Notes: generated by a model not told the origin, from the letters alone. A stretch of DNA of 32,000 nucleotides from Fastidiosibacter lacustris (GCF_003428155.1 NZ_QLIR01000006.1:30001-62000); one strand, 5' to 3'. Counted from the stretch's first letter, positions 9,842 to 20,503 are shown. Program-made: numbers and translations.

Positions 9842-11087
9842 TTAATCCCCCGTGTGACGCATTAGTTATTTCAATTTTCCCTTGATGAATATCAATGATC
9901 TCCTTTGTAATAGCAAGACCAAGTCCATTTCCTTTTTTAGCTGAGGAGCCTGTATAAAAAGGAGCAAAAACCTTTTTAATTTCAGTTTCTGGAATGCCTG
10001 GCCCATTGTCCAATATATCAATGATAAGCAATGTTTTTTTTTGATTTATTAGATTGGATAAGGATTGTAGCTGTAAAGTAATTATGACTTCACTTCCATG
10101 TTTTAAACCATTGTTCACAATGTTGTTAATCGCGCGTTTGAATGCGGGTTTTTTTAGCTCAAGCTCAATATCATCATTTGTTTTATTAATCAAACGTACG
10201 TTTTTTTGGCTATCAAGGTATTCACAAACAAGTTCATCAAAAAAATCACAAATATTCGTTAATTCAAACTGAATCCCAGAAAGCCAATTTTCTTTAGAGA
10301 ATAAAACAAGATCATCCAACATATTATTAATTTCTTGAATATCTTTTTGATCTTTTGTGGAAAGCTCATTGTGCTCTTGCAGTCGTCTAGCTTGAATGCG
10401 TGTTAAAGGTGTACGAATATCATGACAGGTCATTGCTAACAGTTTGTTTTGATAGGTCAGTACATGGTTGATACGATTTTGCATAAAGTTAAATGTATCT
10501 GCTACTTCTTGAGTGAAAATATTATTTTTCATTTGCAATGGAGCGGCATGTAACCTTAAGCCCATATCTTGCGCAAAGCGTTGGAACTCAAAAAATGGAA
10601 TACTCCATTTAATTTGGATAAAAAATATAAAGATAAATAAAAACAATACAACGACAACTATGCCAAACACCATACTAACTGGTGTATTGAGCTGGAATTT
10701 CGAATAATAAATGATATTAAGCCAAGTTCCATTTGCATTAAGATAGCTTTCACAGCGATGAATGGGTTTTTCTACTTTAAGTAAAAGTGATGCAATGTCA
10801 ACCTCTGTACAAGAAGGTGTCTTAGAGTAAAAAGCAAAACGATCATGAATATGGGCATCGTCAATATTTTGTAAATTAGATAAGTCAAAAAAGCTTAAAG
10901 TTGACATTTCATTGCTTTGAGTAGGATCATAGTTTTTAATTTTTGCTGACCGCTGGTATTGTGCACCAGTATATACATAGTAGGAAGTAGCAAGAAACTG
11001 TATGCTGATAAGAAACATGGCACAGGTAAGTCCAATATGAAATGCTTTTTTCTGGCTGCGAATGACTTTGCGTAGGTCAATATTCAT
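9822..11087 (-). CDS. Sensor histidine kinase
   Basis: H-box MTCHDIRTPLTRIQARR, N-box AINNIVNNGLKHG, G-boxes DNGPGIPETEI and KKGNGLGLAITKEI; two transmembrane segments. Confidence 0.92.
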   Translation of the reverse strand: MNIDLRKVIRSQKKAFHIGLTCAMFLISIQFLATSYYVYTGAQYQRSAKIKNYDPTQSNEMSTLSFFDLSNLQNIDDAHIHDRFAFYSKTPSCTEVDIASLLLKVEKPIHRCESYLNANGTWLNIIYYSKFQLNTPVSMVFGIVVVVLFLFIFIFFIQIKWSIPFFEFQRFAQDMGLRLHAAPLQMKNNIFTQEVADTFNFMQNRINHVLTYQNKLLAMTCHDIRTPLTRIQARRLQEHNELSTKDQKDIQEINNMLDDLVLFSKENWLSGIQFELTNICDFFDELVCEYLDSQKNVRLINKTNDDIELELKKPAFKRAINNIVNNGLKHGSEVIITLQLQSLSNLINQKKTLLIIDILDNGPGIPETEIKKVFAPFYTGSSAKKGNGLGLAITKEIIDIHQGKIEITNASHGGLNVRIIL

Positions 11088-11784
11088 GGCAGCTCACATC
11101 AAATAAATAACCTGAACCTTTTACCGTTTGAATATAACTAAAATTGGATTTATCTACATCTAACATCTTCCTTAAACGGCTGATACGAATATCAATAGTA
11201 CGGTCAAACTCCTCAAAAGGACGTTTTAATAAAGCCTCGAAGGTTTGCTCACGAGAAACCACTTCACCATGATGCTGATATAGATACTCAAACAACTCGT
11301 ATACTGCCGGTGTAAATTTGACTTCCTCTCCGTCCTTATAAGTGATGGTGCGTTTGTTGGGTGAGATCTTCCAGTCTTTGCTTTCAATTGCGCCATGATT
11401 GGTACCACTTGTGCATCCTCCACGTCGCCTTAGTACCGTTTTGACGCGAACCAATACTTCACGTGGATTAAACGGTTTACTAATATAGTCATCAGCACCT
11501 ACCTCCAACCCTAAAATACGATCAAATGCCTCTCCTGCTGCCGAGAGAAAAATAACAGGGACGCTAGACTTTTTGCGTAATGCGCGACAAAGTTCCAAAC
11601 CATCAATTTTAGGCATCATAACATCCAGAATCACTAAGGAGAAATCATGCTTATTAAACTCATCCAAAAGTACATGACCATCTTCAAAGGTAATTATTTC
11701 AAAATGATTTTGAGCAAGATAACTTGCTAAGCCTTCACGAATATCTTTTTCATCGTCAATAATAGCAATTTTATCCATAATCAA
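11077..11784 (-). CDS. OmpR/PhoB-family response regulator
   Basis: Receiver domain IIDDEKDIREG, LVILDVMMPKIDGLELC, SKPFNPREVLVRVK; winged-helix C-terminus RTIDIRISRLRKML...VKGSGYLF. Overlaps the kinase by 11 nt. Confidence 0.93.
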   Translation of the reverse strand: MIMDKIAIIDDEKDIREGLASYLAQNHFEIITFEDGHVLLDEFNKHDFSLVILDVMMPKIDGLELCRALRKKSSVPVIFLSAAGEAFDRILGLEVGADDYISKPFNPREVLVRVKTVLRRRGGCTSGTNHGAIESKDWKISPNKRTITYKDGEEVKFTPAVYELFEYLYQHHGEVVSREQTFEALLKRPFEEFDRTIDIRISRLRKMLDVDKSNFSYIQTVKGSGYLFDVSCHEY

Positions 11785-11923
11785 GAGTAGAATGTGTAAT
11801 TATGTCTTAAGTGTAGTGAGTTTTTCTTAGATGTAAATATAGACATAATTAGGTATGAGAAATCGTTATTATCATTTAATCAAAAGTTGTCTGTAGCAAG
11901 CCGGTATAAAAAGGAGACTAAAA

Positions 11924-12001
11924 ATGGGTTTGCATACCTTAATTTCTATTGTGATTGTTACGTTCTCAAAGGCAAAAAAGCGGATCACGTTAAAATTATA
12001 G
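11924..12001 (+). CDS. Possible 25-aa small protein MGLHTLISIVIVTFSKAKKRITLKL
   Basis: ATG preceded by AAAAAGGAGACTAAAA (strong Shine-Dalgarno). Hydrophobic N-terminal half and cationic C-terminal half; not in the supplied ORF track because of size. Confidence 0.3.
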   Translation: MGLHTLISIVIVTFSKAKKRITLKL

Positions 12002-12044
12002 GTGCACAATCAACGAACTTTATTGCTGAAAGCGTTATCTAAGG

Positions 12045-12941
12045 TCAAATACAGATATAGACATAAACAATATTGCTACTAAACTGCTCTTTATATTGTT
12101 TTAAAAGCAAAGCCTTAAAGTGACGTATCTCTTGTGTTTGAATGGTTGGCGGCATTTTAAGACGTAAATCCACAAACAAAAAACGTCCAGATTGTGTGAT
12201 TTTTATATCGTGGATATTGAAGTTTTGTGAGTTACAAGCAGTTTCGACAACTTCAATAATTTGTGCCTTAAGTACAGGTTCAGGCGAAGCATCTAGTAGA
12301 TTCAATCCAGCTTCTTTGATGAGTTTAAAGGGTTTAATGGTAATAATAACTCCCATTGCAATGGCGATAATGGGATCAATATAAATGGCGATATCACTTA
12401 GTCCAAAGAAGATGAGTATAATAGCTAAAGCTAATGAAATATCAACTGATGCACTAAGTAAGGCATCTGCTTTCCATAGTTCGGCATCAACATGAAGAAT
12501 TTTAGAACCCGTTTTTCTTGCAGAACTACGTACGAAAAAGTACATGATCGTACATATAATTGTGCCAGTAATAGATGAAGCAAAAGCAAATACGTAGTTC
12601 GGGGTAACAGCATGGGTTAAGAGATTGATAATAGCCATAATAATGACGCTTGAGGCAACCATTAAAATAAAACCTGCTTGTAATAGAACAAAGACTGGCT
12701 CCAATCGATAGTAGCCATAAGGATAGCGTTTATTGGCAGGTTGATTAATTTTTTTGACAATATAGAGCGAGGCGGCATAAATCAAAAGCGTGATAACCGA
12801 GTAGCCGACATCGAGTAAGACTGTCAAAGACTGTGCAAAATAGACAATAATAATGCTAAATAGTACATAACCAATAGATAGGATAAAGTTAACTTGGAGC
12901 GTTTTTGCTTCAATTTGTTGTTTGTTATAAGACGTAGACAT
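12045..12941 (-). CDS. Cation diffusion facilitator (CDF) family transporter
   Basis: NKRYPYGYYRLEPVFVLLQAGFIL, HVDAELWKADALLSASVDISLALAII, YIDPIIAIAMGVIITIKPFKLIKEAGLNLLDA. Confidence 0.85.
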   Translation of the reverse strand: MSTSYNKQQIEAKTLQVNFILSIGYVLFSIIIVYFAQSLTVLLDVGYSVITLLIYAASLYIVKKINQPANKRYPYGYYRLEPVFVLLQAGFILMVASSVIIMAIINLLTHAVTPNYVFAFASSITGTIICTIMYFFVRSSARKTGSKILHVDAELWKADALLSASVDISLALAIILIFFGLSDIAIYIDPIIAIAMGVIITIKPFKLIKEAGLNLLDASPEPVLKAQIIEVVETACNSQNFNIHDIKITQSGRFLFVDLRLKMPPTIQTQEIRHFKALLLKQYKEQFSSNIVYVYICI

Positions 12942-13162
12942 GTTGTTTACCTAAAATGTTTTATCAATTTAAATAATGAGCAATTTTAGTGGTTAAGTGT
13001 AAGTTTCAGTCGAGTGGTTACAGAACATGTCAACAACTCGAGATAAAAATCACCTTGAATAATAAAACGCTAAGGATGTTTAAGTAGGTAAACAATCGTT
13101 GAAAATTTGTAGCTGTTATTTGCTTCGATATTTTTCATGATTTGCGGTAATTGAAATTTTTA

Positions 13163-13238
<76 letters not shown>

Positions 13239-13394
13239 TTGCCTTAACAGAAGGAAATTCTATAGGTGATGTGTTTTAGAGTCAATAGCTTTTTTTCAAA
13301 AAAATGCTTTCTTTAAAAAATCGCGCAAATGTTGTAAATACAAGGATTAAGCGTGTTAATATATGAGCAATTTAGCCTATTGAACAGTCAAGTA

Positions 13395-13703
13395 CTAACC
13401 TACAAAATGAATGGCAAGCCAAATAACGGGTGGATTGTTAGAAGTATAACTTACCCAGTGTTTAGTATTTTGAGGAATAAGTAATGAATCTCCTGTATTC
13501 AATTGATAAGTCATATCATGCATTATGATCTGTGCTTGACCTTGCAATACAAATACCAATTCATTGTTACTTTGGAGATAAGGTTGATTATGAGGTGTGG
13601 TTTGACCATATGAAACAATGCGTTCAACTTTTAAATTGGGCGTTTTGGTAATGATTTCAAATATTTCGTCCTTTGATCTTTTGGGAATGGTAAATAGGTT
13701 CAT
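13395..13703 (-). CDS. Cupin-domain protein
   Basis: NELVFVLQGQAQIIMHDMTYQLNTGDSLLIPQNTKHWVSYTS matches cupin motifs. Confidence 0.82.
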   Translation of the reverse strand: MNLFTIPKRSKDEIFEIITKTPNLKVERIVSYGQTTPHNQPYLQSNNELVFVLQGQAQIIMHDMTYQLNTGDSLLIPQNTKHWVSYTSNNPPVIWLAIHFVG

Positions 13704-14158
13704 TGTGGCAATCGTCCTTTTTGTGTTAAATAGCGATCTAATTCAGCTGCAAAAGCGTGATTATTGTGTTGTGAAAACGCTTTGGTCTTGGTTTCAATAA
13801 GACCTGCATCTCGGAGTTCAGTGAAGAAGTTACGCATCGATAGTGCTTGACTGATATTAGAGGTGGTATATTTTTTCCCATGCGGGGTAATTACAATTGC
13901 TCCTTTATCAATAACAGATTTTGCAAGCGGAATGTCAGCGGTGATAACTAAGTCATTTTGTTGAACATGGTTGCTAATATATTTATCAGCAACGTCAAAT
14001 CCTTTATCTACACATCGTGATTTAATAAAGGGAGAACTTTGATGTATTAGTGGTTGATTGGCAACAAAAATACAGGTGACTTTGCGTTTATGTGCGGCTT
14101 TATATAGAATTTCTTTTATCGCTTTTGGGCAGGCATCTGCATCAATGTAAATGTTCAT
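13700..14158 (-). CDS. yaiI: YaiI/YqxD family protein (UPF0178)
   Basis: MNIYIDADACPKAIKEILYKAAHKR, DLVITADIPLAKSVIDKGAIVITPHGKKYT, HNNHAFAAELDRYL. Overlaps the cupin gene by 4 nt. Confidence 0.92.
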   Translation of the reverse strand: MNIYIDADACPKAIKEILYKAAHKRKVTCIFVANQPLIHQSSPFIKSRCVDKGFDVADKYISNHVQQNDLVITADIPLAKSVIDKGAIVITPHGKKYTTSNISQALSMRNFFTELRDAGLIETKTKAFSQHNNHAFAAELDRYLTQKGRLPQ

Positions 14159-14182
14159 GAAAGGTTAAATTAAATCATACTT

Positions 14183-15454
14183 TCAATTTAGGAGCGCTAT
14201 GATGGAGGTATGTAATTCCGATAATGGAATACTTACTTGATTTTGCTCCTTACGCAAAAATTTTATGGTGCAGTTATTACTTTTGATTTCATCTTCGGCG
14301 ATGATAAGCGCTAGTGTAGCGTTGGACTTATCTGCTTTTTTAAATTGTGATTTAAAACTACCGAATGTAGTATTTAACTCGATAATAAGGTCCGAGTGTG
14401 CTTTACGTAATTGCTCAACTATGAGCATTGCACCAAAAATGGATTGCTCATCAGAGATTACATAAATATCTGTGACGTCAGGTGAGGGTGGAAATAAGTT
14501 TAATGTTTCAAGTAAAAGAATAATTCGTTCAATTCCCATTGCAAAACCAACCGCGGGGGTTTGTGGTCCATTTAAATCACTAACAAGCGTATTATAGCGC
14601 CCACCTGCGCAAATTGTACCTTGTGCGCCAAGCTTATCGGTGATCCATTCAAACACTGTGTGCGAGTAATAGTCAATGCCACGTACTAAACGAGAAGTGA
14701 CTTTAATGGGGATACCAAGGTTTTTTAAATAATGAACAAGGTGGATAAACTCAGCTTGGATATCCTTATCGATAAAATCGTTTAAATTAGGTGCATTGTT
14801 TAACAGCTTTTGAGTATGTTCATTTTTGCTATCGAGTATTCTTAGTGGATTTTTAGTAAGTCTACGTTGACTATCTTGATCTAGTTGCTCTTTTAATGGT
14901 GTTAAATAATCAACAAGTGCGTTAACGTATTGTATTCGATTTTCGGTAGTTCCAAGATTGTTAAGTTCCAGTGTAACGTGTCGATTTAAGCCTAAAGCCT
15001 GCCATAGTTGCCAAATTAAACTTAAAAGCTCTGCATCTTGAGAGATGCTGTCAGCTCCATAGACTTCAACACCCAGTTGATAAAATTGACGATAACGACC
15101 TTTTTGTGGACGCTCATAGCGAAACATGGGACCATTGTACCATACCTTTTGTATTTGATTACGTAAAAGTCCATGTTCAATCATGGCTCTCACACAACCA
15201 GCAGTACCTTCAGGACGTAAGGTAAGTGCTTCATCATTTCTATCAGTAAAGTCATAGGTTTCTTTTTCAACAATATCTGTTCCAGAACCTATCCCCCGGT
15301 GAAACAATTCACTTTTTTCCACAATAGGTAAGCGAATTTCTTGATAGCCATATTGTTGTAATGAGTTCTTAACTATATTTTCAAAGTAGTGCCATTTGTG
15401 AATTTCGCTTGGCAAAATATCGTTCATGCCGCGAACAGCTTGGATTTTAGACAT
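14183..15454 (-). CDS. hisS: Histidyl-tRNA synthetase
   Basis: QAVRGMNDILP, TLRPEGTAGCVRAMIEHGL, GPMFRYERPQKGRYRQFYQLGVEVYG, LVRGIDYYSHTVFEW, GFAMGIERI. Confidence 0.98.
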   Translation of the reverse strand: MSKIQAVRGMNDILPSEIHKWHYFENIVKNSLQQYGYQEIRLPIVEKSELFHRGIGSGTDIVEKETYDFTDRNDEALTLRPEGTAGCVRAMIEHGLLRNQIQKVWYNGPMFRYERPQKGRYRQFYQLGVEVYGADSISQDAELLSLIWQLWQALGLNRHVTLELNNLGTTENRIQYVNALVDYLTPLKEQLDQDSQRRLTKNPLRILDSKNEHTQKLLNNAPNLNDFIDKDIQAEFIHLVHYLKNLGIPIKVTSRLVRGIDYYSHTVFEWITDKLGAQGTICAGGRYNTLVSDLNGPQTPAVGFAMGIERIILLLETLNLFPPSPDVTDIYVISDEQSIFGAMLIVEQLRKAHSDLIIELNTTFGSFKSQFKKADKSNATLALIIAEDEIKSNNCTIKFLRKEQNQVSIPLSELHTSIIALLN

Positions 15455-15569
15455 CGATGTGACCTTCTTCTCATTTATTTAAGTATGTCAGCTATGAGAT
15501 GATATTGTATTTTAGTTGGTTCTAGATGGGAAGATGTGGTGTCTTTAAAGGCAAATGATTTTGTACCAC

Positions 15570-16151
15570 TTAAGCATAGTTTTGCAATGAGTGTTGATAT
15601 ATCAGTTTCATCGCTTCAATATTACCTAAAACAGCAACTTTGTTTAACCAATAGAAGGCCTCTTTTAAGTTTGTTTTTGTATGGTATGGCTGATCTTCTG
15701 ATAAATAAGAGCGACCTAAAAGAAACATTGACTCTGTGTTTCCAAGTTTAGCGGACTCAACTAAATAATCAAAAGCTTTTTGAGGCTGATTCTTTTCTTT
15801 ATAAATCAGTGCTAGTGAACGATAAACGCTTGCTCGATAGTCTCTTGGTTGAACAAGGTTTTTTTCATCTAAGAATTTATCAAAATATTTAATTGCAGTG
15901 TCATAATTTTGCTTAACAGCAATGCCATAGGTGTAATAGGTGCCAAGGAAAAACGGTGAGGTTGGGCAACCGTTATTATACAGTTTTGTAAATGCAGGTA
16001 CTGATTTAGCATACTCCCCGTGTTTGAATAGTGCATAAGCATCATTATATGCTTTAGAGACACAGGCATGCGCTAGTTGAAACCCCAAGCCTGCTAAAAG
16101 CACACCTGTTGTAATTAGTATTCTGCTTTTATTAATATAATATTTAGCCAT
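15570..16151 (-). CDS. Exported TPR/Sel1-like repeat protein
   Basis: Signal-peptide-like N-terminus MAKYYINKSRILITTGVLLAGLGFQLAHA and tandem Sel1/TPR repeats (AFDYLVESAKLGNTESMFLLGRSYL; AFYWLNKVAVLGNIEAMKLI). ATG at 16151 has an AGGAG ribosome-binding site; the track start at 16196 is likely too long. Confidence 0.75.
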   Translation of the reverse strand: MAKYYINKSRILITTGVLLAGLGFQLAHACVSKAYNDAYALFKHGEYAKSVPAFTKLYNNGCPTSPFFLGTYYTYGIAVKQNYDTAIKYFDKFLDEKNLVQPRDYRASVYRSLALIYKEKNQPQKAFDYLVESAKLGNTESMFLLGRSYLSEDQPYHTKTNLKEAFYWLNKVAVLGNIEAMKLIYQHSLQNYA

Positions 16152-16316
16152 GTGATTTCTCCTAATTGTAACGTGAAGCTGCATTAAAGCAAACAATTGC
16201 TATGGATGCAATGGTCTGATGCGATGAATACTGTTATGAGTATGAGGGTTGTTCATGCACTAGAAAACATTGGTGATTAAATACTGCAAAATAATTCACG
16301 ACTGGCACGTTTTGAC

Positions 16317-18689
16317 TTACTTAACTTTCTTTGCCGCTAATGGTGAAAGTAAAAACGCAGTGGTGATGCCAATAAAAACTGATAGTCCAAAGTAATGAAT
16401 GGCGGGCGTTTGGCTAAAGGCTAATAAGCCAAATGACAAAATAGTGGTAATGGCAGATAGGGTAACGGCAAGCATGGTGCTATTTATTGTTGATTTTGTT
16501 TCGGCAAAAAATAATACGTAGTCTACAGCAATGCCAAGTACGAGAATTAATGCTAAAACGTTAAATAAAGTCATGGGGATATAAAACAATCCAAGTGTGG
16601 CAATGCTCAATAGCACTGCTGTGGTGGGCGGTAAGAAATAACAAAACGCTTTTTTAAAGCTTTTATAGCGTATCAATAGCAGTAAAAATAAGGCGATAAA
16701 TACACTGAAAAATAAAACACTAATATATTGTCTATAGGTTTTAAATACATTGGAGATATCATCTGCTTTGTTGACGAAAGTTGCAAATGGAAATGCTTGA
16801 CAAATATTTTTTATCATTTTCACATCAAGTTTTTGTGATAATAACACAACAGAGGCATATTCAGGTGGATTGCCTGGTGCTTGCTGACCTAACCATAAAA
16901 ATCGTAACTTTTGCGACACGGTAGAGTGTAACCAATCATCAATGGTTAATGGTTTAAATTGAATATCTAAAAGTGACTTCTGGATAGCATGTGCTTTTAT
17001 CTCGTCTACGCCAATTTGAGCAAAGAAGTTTAATAGCCGATATTGAATGAAATATTTTCTCACTAGATCGTAATTCTCTTTTTGTATTTCTATATCTGGT
17101 AGATATTCACTAATGGCAATAACAGGTTCGCTTATAGTAGTATTTTTACGTTTGATGACTTCAATTAAAGCATGCTCATGCTGAATTACCTCATTGGAGG
17201 AACGACCCGTAACAATAATGAAATTGGTTCCTACGTCACTGCCAATAATTGATTTTATTTGTTGTTCATTTTGTTTTAATGAAATGGGTGTTGATTCTAA
17301 AATGCGAATATCGTCATTTATTTGAAGACGTATGATGCCAATCACAGCAATTATAATGATTGCAGTATAGATAAGCATGATTTTTTGAATTGAAAGGCTT
17401 TGCCAAAACTTAAGGTAGTAATTGGCAACTGTGCTAATAATGGGAATCGTGCTGTGCTTTTTAGGTTTCAACAAGTATGGGAATAATGCCACAACCGTTA
17501 AATACGACATAAATAAACCGCTAATAGCAAAAACAGCCAGTTGTCGTAATCCTGGGAAAGGGGCAACAGCAATAATAAGATAAGCGATGACAATGTTAAT
17601 AAGACCAAGCGTAATTCCTGAAAAGATACGTTTTAAACCTTGTTTTGGCCGCCAGGCTTTGCCGCCGTAAAGTTGATCAGCGTAGTAGAAAAAGGCATAG
17701 TCAACAGAGATACCAATAAGGCTTGCTCCAAAAACCAAAGTGAATAAAAATACTTTACCAAAAACTAAATAAGTAATAACAAAGGCAAAAACAAATCCCA
17801 TTGCACTTGAGAAAAGTGTTAAAAGCAAGGGCGATAAAGAGCGAAAACTCACAAGTACAAGAAGTATAATGCCAATTAATGAGCCAATACCAATAATTGA
17901 TACATCATGTCTGGCACTATCTGTGCCTGCTTTGGCATAAAAAATCATACCCGTCATCAGATAACTTGTATTGGGTAATTGAGCGCTGATTTCTTGTTTT
18001 ATTTGAGTCAACAGGGCAGTGATGTTGCTTTGATTTGTTAGTGAAAAACTATCATCTTTGAGCGTGGCATTGATCATAGTGTACCAAATACCATCGTTTT
18101 TACTCATTAAATGATTATCATGTAAATCAAGGAGATTAGATGGTTTGGGTAATGAAAAAATATAGTTTTGAAATAGTGAGAAAGGATCGTTTTCTAAGAG
18201 TTTGGAACTTGTAATACCAATCGGATTGTATAGGTTAAATAAGGCTTTATTTTCAATCTCATCAAAGCCTTGATCTTTAATGAGTCTAAGTTCACTGGCG
18301 GATAAAAGCGATAATCGATAAGGAAAGTAAAAGCTTGCCCAAGCTTGTTGTTCATCATTATTTACCCCATTAATAATACTTTCAAAATAGCCAGAGTGTT
18401 TGAGTTGTAAGGTAAATAGATCGGAAGCCGCAAGCGATTTTTGTTGATCTGGATTGCCAATTAAAACAATAATTTGTTTTCCCATGTTATTAGCAAAGCC
18501 TTCTGCTGCCTGTTGAGTCGTACCAGATTGATCAGTCCCAGGTAGAAGGGAAAGTATATTGGTATTAATCGGTAGCCCGCATGCAACTAAAACAATGAAG
18601 CCAATAAGACCAGAAATACTTAAAATTAGCCATAGCCAAAGTCGATATAAAAAATGAGGTTGCTCGTGCTTTTGTTTCAAGTAAGGCAT
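16317..18689 (-). CDS. MMPL/RND-superfamily exporter
   Basis: About 790 aa with duplicated transmembrane and large periplasmic domains. Has GASLIGISVDYAFFYADQLYG and VLGIAVDYVLFFAETKS in transmembrane segments. Confidence 0.88.
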   Translation of the reverse strand: MPYLKQKHEQPHFLYRLWLWLILSISGLIGFIVLVACGLPINTNILSLLPGTDQSGTTQQAAEGFANNMGKQIIVLIGNPDQQKSLAASDLFTLQLKHSGYFESIINGVNNDEQQAWASFYFPYRLSLLSASELRLIKDQGFDEIENKALFNLYNPIGITSSKLLENDPFSLFQNYIFSLPKPSNLLDLHDNHLMSKNDGIWYTMINATLKDDSFSLTNQSNITALLTQIKQEISAQLPNTSYLMTGMIFYAKAGTDSARHDVSIIGIGSLIGIILLVLVSFRSLSPLLLTLFSSAMGFVFAFVITYLVFGKVFLFTLVFGASLIGISVDYAFFYYADQLYGGKAWRPKQGLKRIFSGITLGLINIVIAYLIIAVAPFPGLRQLAVFAISGLFMSYLTVVALFPYLLKPKKHSTIPIISTVANYYLKFWQSLSIQKIMLIYTAIIIIAVIGIIRLQINDDIRILESTPISLKQNEQQIKSIIGSDVGTNFIIVTGRSSNEVIQHEHALIEVIKRKNTTISEPVIAISEYLPDIEIQKENYDLVRKYFIQYRLLNFFAQIGVDEIKAHAIQKSLLDIQFKPLTIDDWLHSTVSQKLRFLWLGQQAPGNPPEYASVVLLSQKLDVKMIKNICQAFPFATFVNKADDISNVFKTYRQYISVLFFSVFIALFLLLLIRYKSFKKAFCYFLPPTTAVLLSIATLGLFYIPMTLFNVLALILVLGIAVDYVLFFAETKSTINSTMLAVTLSAITTILSFGLLAFSQTPAIHYFGLSVFIGITTAFLLSPLAAKKVK

Positions 18690-18878
18690 TTATTTATTGT
18701 TTTTATCAGTGAAGTTTTACCATTATGTCATTAAATAGAGTAAAAGACAGTCCCTGTATTGGTCGTAAAATATTTTGAATATAATAAACGGCGTTTATAA
18801 CTGAAGAGAGATAGATCTAGATAAATTGCTTTAATCTTACTAACATACGTAGCCAAATGACGTGATAAGGAGATAAGC

Positions 18879-19787
18879 TTGGCTAACGTAAAAGCAAAAT
18901 TTGGTAAAGTTGCTGTTTTGTATGGCGGGGACTCAGCGGAGCGTGAAGTGTCTTTGCGTTCAGGCATAGCAGTAATAGAAGCTTTGCAAAATCAAGGTGT
19001 TGATGTGGTAGCAATTGATGCAACAGGGCATAAATTAGTCAATATATTGACCGAACAAAACGTTGATCGTTGCTTGATTATGCTGCATGGGGGTGATGGT
19101 GAAGATGGGCATGTTCAAGCTTTGTTGCATGAGCTTGATATCCCTTATACTGGGTCAAACACCTTGGGTTGCGCTCTAGCAATGGACAAAATGCGAGCCA
19201 AAAAGCTATGGCAGGCAGAAGGATTCCCCACTCCCAAGGCAAAGATTATTGATCATAAGATTAATGTGAATGGGTTAAATTATCCTTTGGCGATCAAACC
19301 AGTGGCACAAGGTTCAAGCGTTGGAACACATCGTGTAAATCAACAAAGTGAGCTTAAAGCAGCTTATCTAGATGCTGCTCAATATGGTGAGGTTATGGCA
19401 GAGGAATGGATTATCGGCAAAGAGCTGACAGTATCAATTGTCGATAATATCGCTTTACCTTCTATTTGGATTGAACCTAAGCTTGAGTTCTATAACTACG
19501 AAGCAAAATATACAAAATCTGCGGGGACCCGCTACCATTGCCCAAGTGGTATTTCTAAAATCCTAGAAGATGAAATCAAAGTGCTCGCATTAAAAGCTTT
19601 TGTTGCCTTGGGTTGTAGTGGCTGGGGGCGAGTTGATTTCATGCTATCACCTGATAATCAGCTTTATTTGATTGAAGCCAATACTGTACCAGGAATGACT
19701 AACTTAAGCTTAGTGCCACAAGCCGCAAAACAGTATGGTTGGAGCTTTGAAATGTTGGTATTGAAGATCCTTGAGAGCTCGTTATGA
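18879..19787 (+). CDS. ddl: D-alanine--D-alanine ligase (TTG start)
   Basis: GGDSAEREVSLRSG, HGGDGEDGHVQALLHELDIPYTGS, KPVAQGSSVGTHRV, LIEANTVPGMT; AAGGAG ribosome-binding site before the TTG. Confidence 0.97.
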   Translation: MANVKAKFGKVAVLYGGDSAEREVSLRSGIAVIEALQNQGVDVVAIDATGHKLVNILTEQNVDRCLIMLHGGDGEDGHVQALLHELDIPYTGSNTLGCALAMDKMRAKKLWQAEGFPTPKAKIIDHKINVNGLNYPLAIKPVAQGSSVGTHRVNQQSELKAAYLDAAQYGEVMAEEWIIGKELTVSIVDNIALPSIWIEPKLEFYNYEAKYTKSAGTRYHCPSGISKILEDEIKVLALKAFVALGCSGWGRVDFMLSPDNQLYLIEANTVPGMTNLSLVPQAAKQYGWSFEMLVLKILESSL

Positions 19788-20503
19788 GGTTACGCTTATA
19801 TTTTAAGCTTTTCTGTTTTATTGTCATTATAGTTGGAGTCGTGTTAGGCTTTGATTTCGTGTTTAAACAATATGGTGCGCATTTACAGCAAGTCAATGTT
19901 CTTGCTAAAGGTGAGCTAGGTTATATATCTAAAGTACAGATCATCGACTTAATAAAGCCTTTTCAAAAGGATACTTGGTGGATGTTGAGTGTTAAGGAGA
20001 TTGAGACAACCCTGCGATCTTATCCTGGGATAAAAAATATTAAGGTACAAAAAAAGTGGCCAAATGAGCTGTTGATTGAATTAACAGAGTATAAAGCGCA
20101 AGCTTATTGGAACACGTCAAAACAAATTTTATTAGAAAATAATGAGATAATTACGCCTAAATACTTGTCAGAAACACTCAGTTTGCCGACTTTTAATGGT
20201 GATCCAGGGGATATCCCGCTGATTGTAGATAGGTATCAAAAGTTGCAAGACATCTCAAAAGCGCATCAACGTGTGATTAAGCAAATACTTTATCAGGGTA
20301 ATCAATGGAAAGTTGTTTTAGACAATGAGGTAAATGTTTGGTTGGGCAGTAAAAATATAGAAAATAAATTTAAACAGTTGTTGGAAAATTATCAAAATAT
20401 AGCCATACCTGAGTCACAAAAAATTGAATCAATTGATATGCGTTATCAAAACGGGTTTGCGGTTAGGTTTGTAAAACCAATTGAAAATAAAAAAATAGAT
20501 TAA
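19784..20503 (+). CDS. ftsQ: Cell division protein FtsQ
   Basis: Single N-terminal transmembrane segment, POTRA-like start and FtsQ-like core (LLIELTEYKAQAYWN...), located between ddl and ftsA. Confidence 0.9.
   Translation: MRLRLYFKLFCFIVIIVGVVLGFDFVFKQYGAHLQQVNVLAKGELGYISKVQIIDLIKPFQKDTWWMLSVKEIETTLRSYPGIKNIKVQKKWPNELLIELTEYKAQAYWNTSKQILLENNEIITPKYLSETLSLPTFNGDPGDIPLIVDRYQKLQDISKAHQRVIKQILYQGNQWKVVLDNEVNVWLGSKNIENKFKQLLENYQNIAIPESQKIESIDMRYQNGFAVRFVKPIENKKID

Noticed and set aside
11837-12066. Repeated 12-mer ATATAGACATAA (11837-11848 and 12055-12066)
   Set aside because: Short AT-rich match, with one copy inside the CDF coding sequence end. Could be chance in low-GC DNA.
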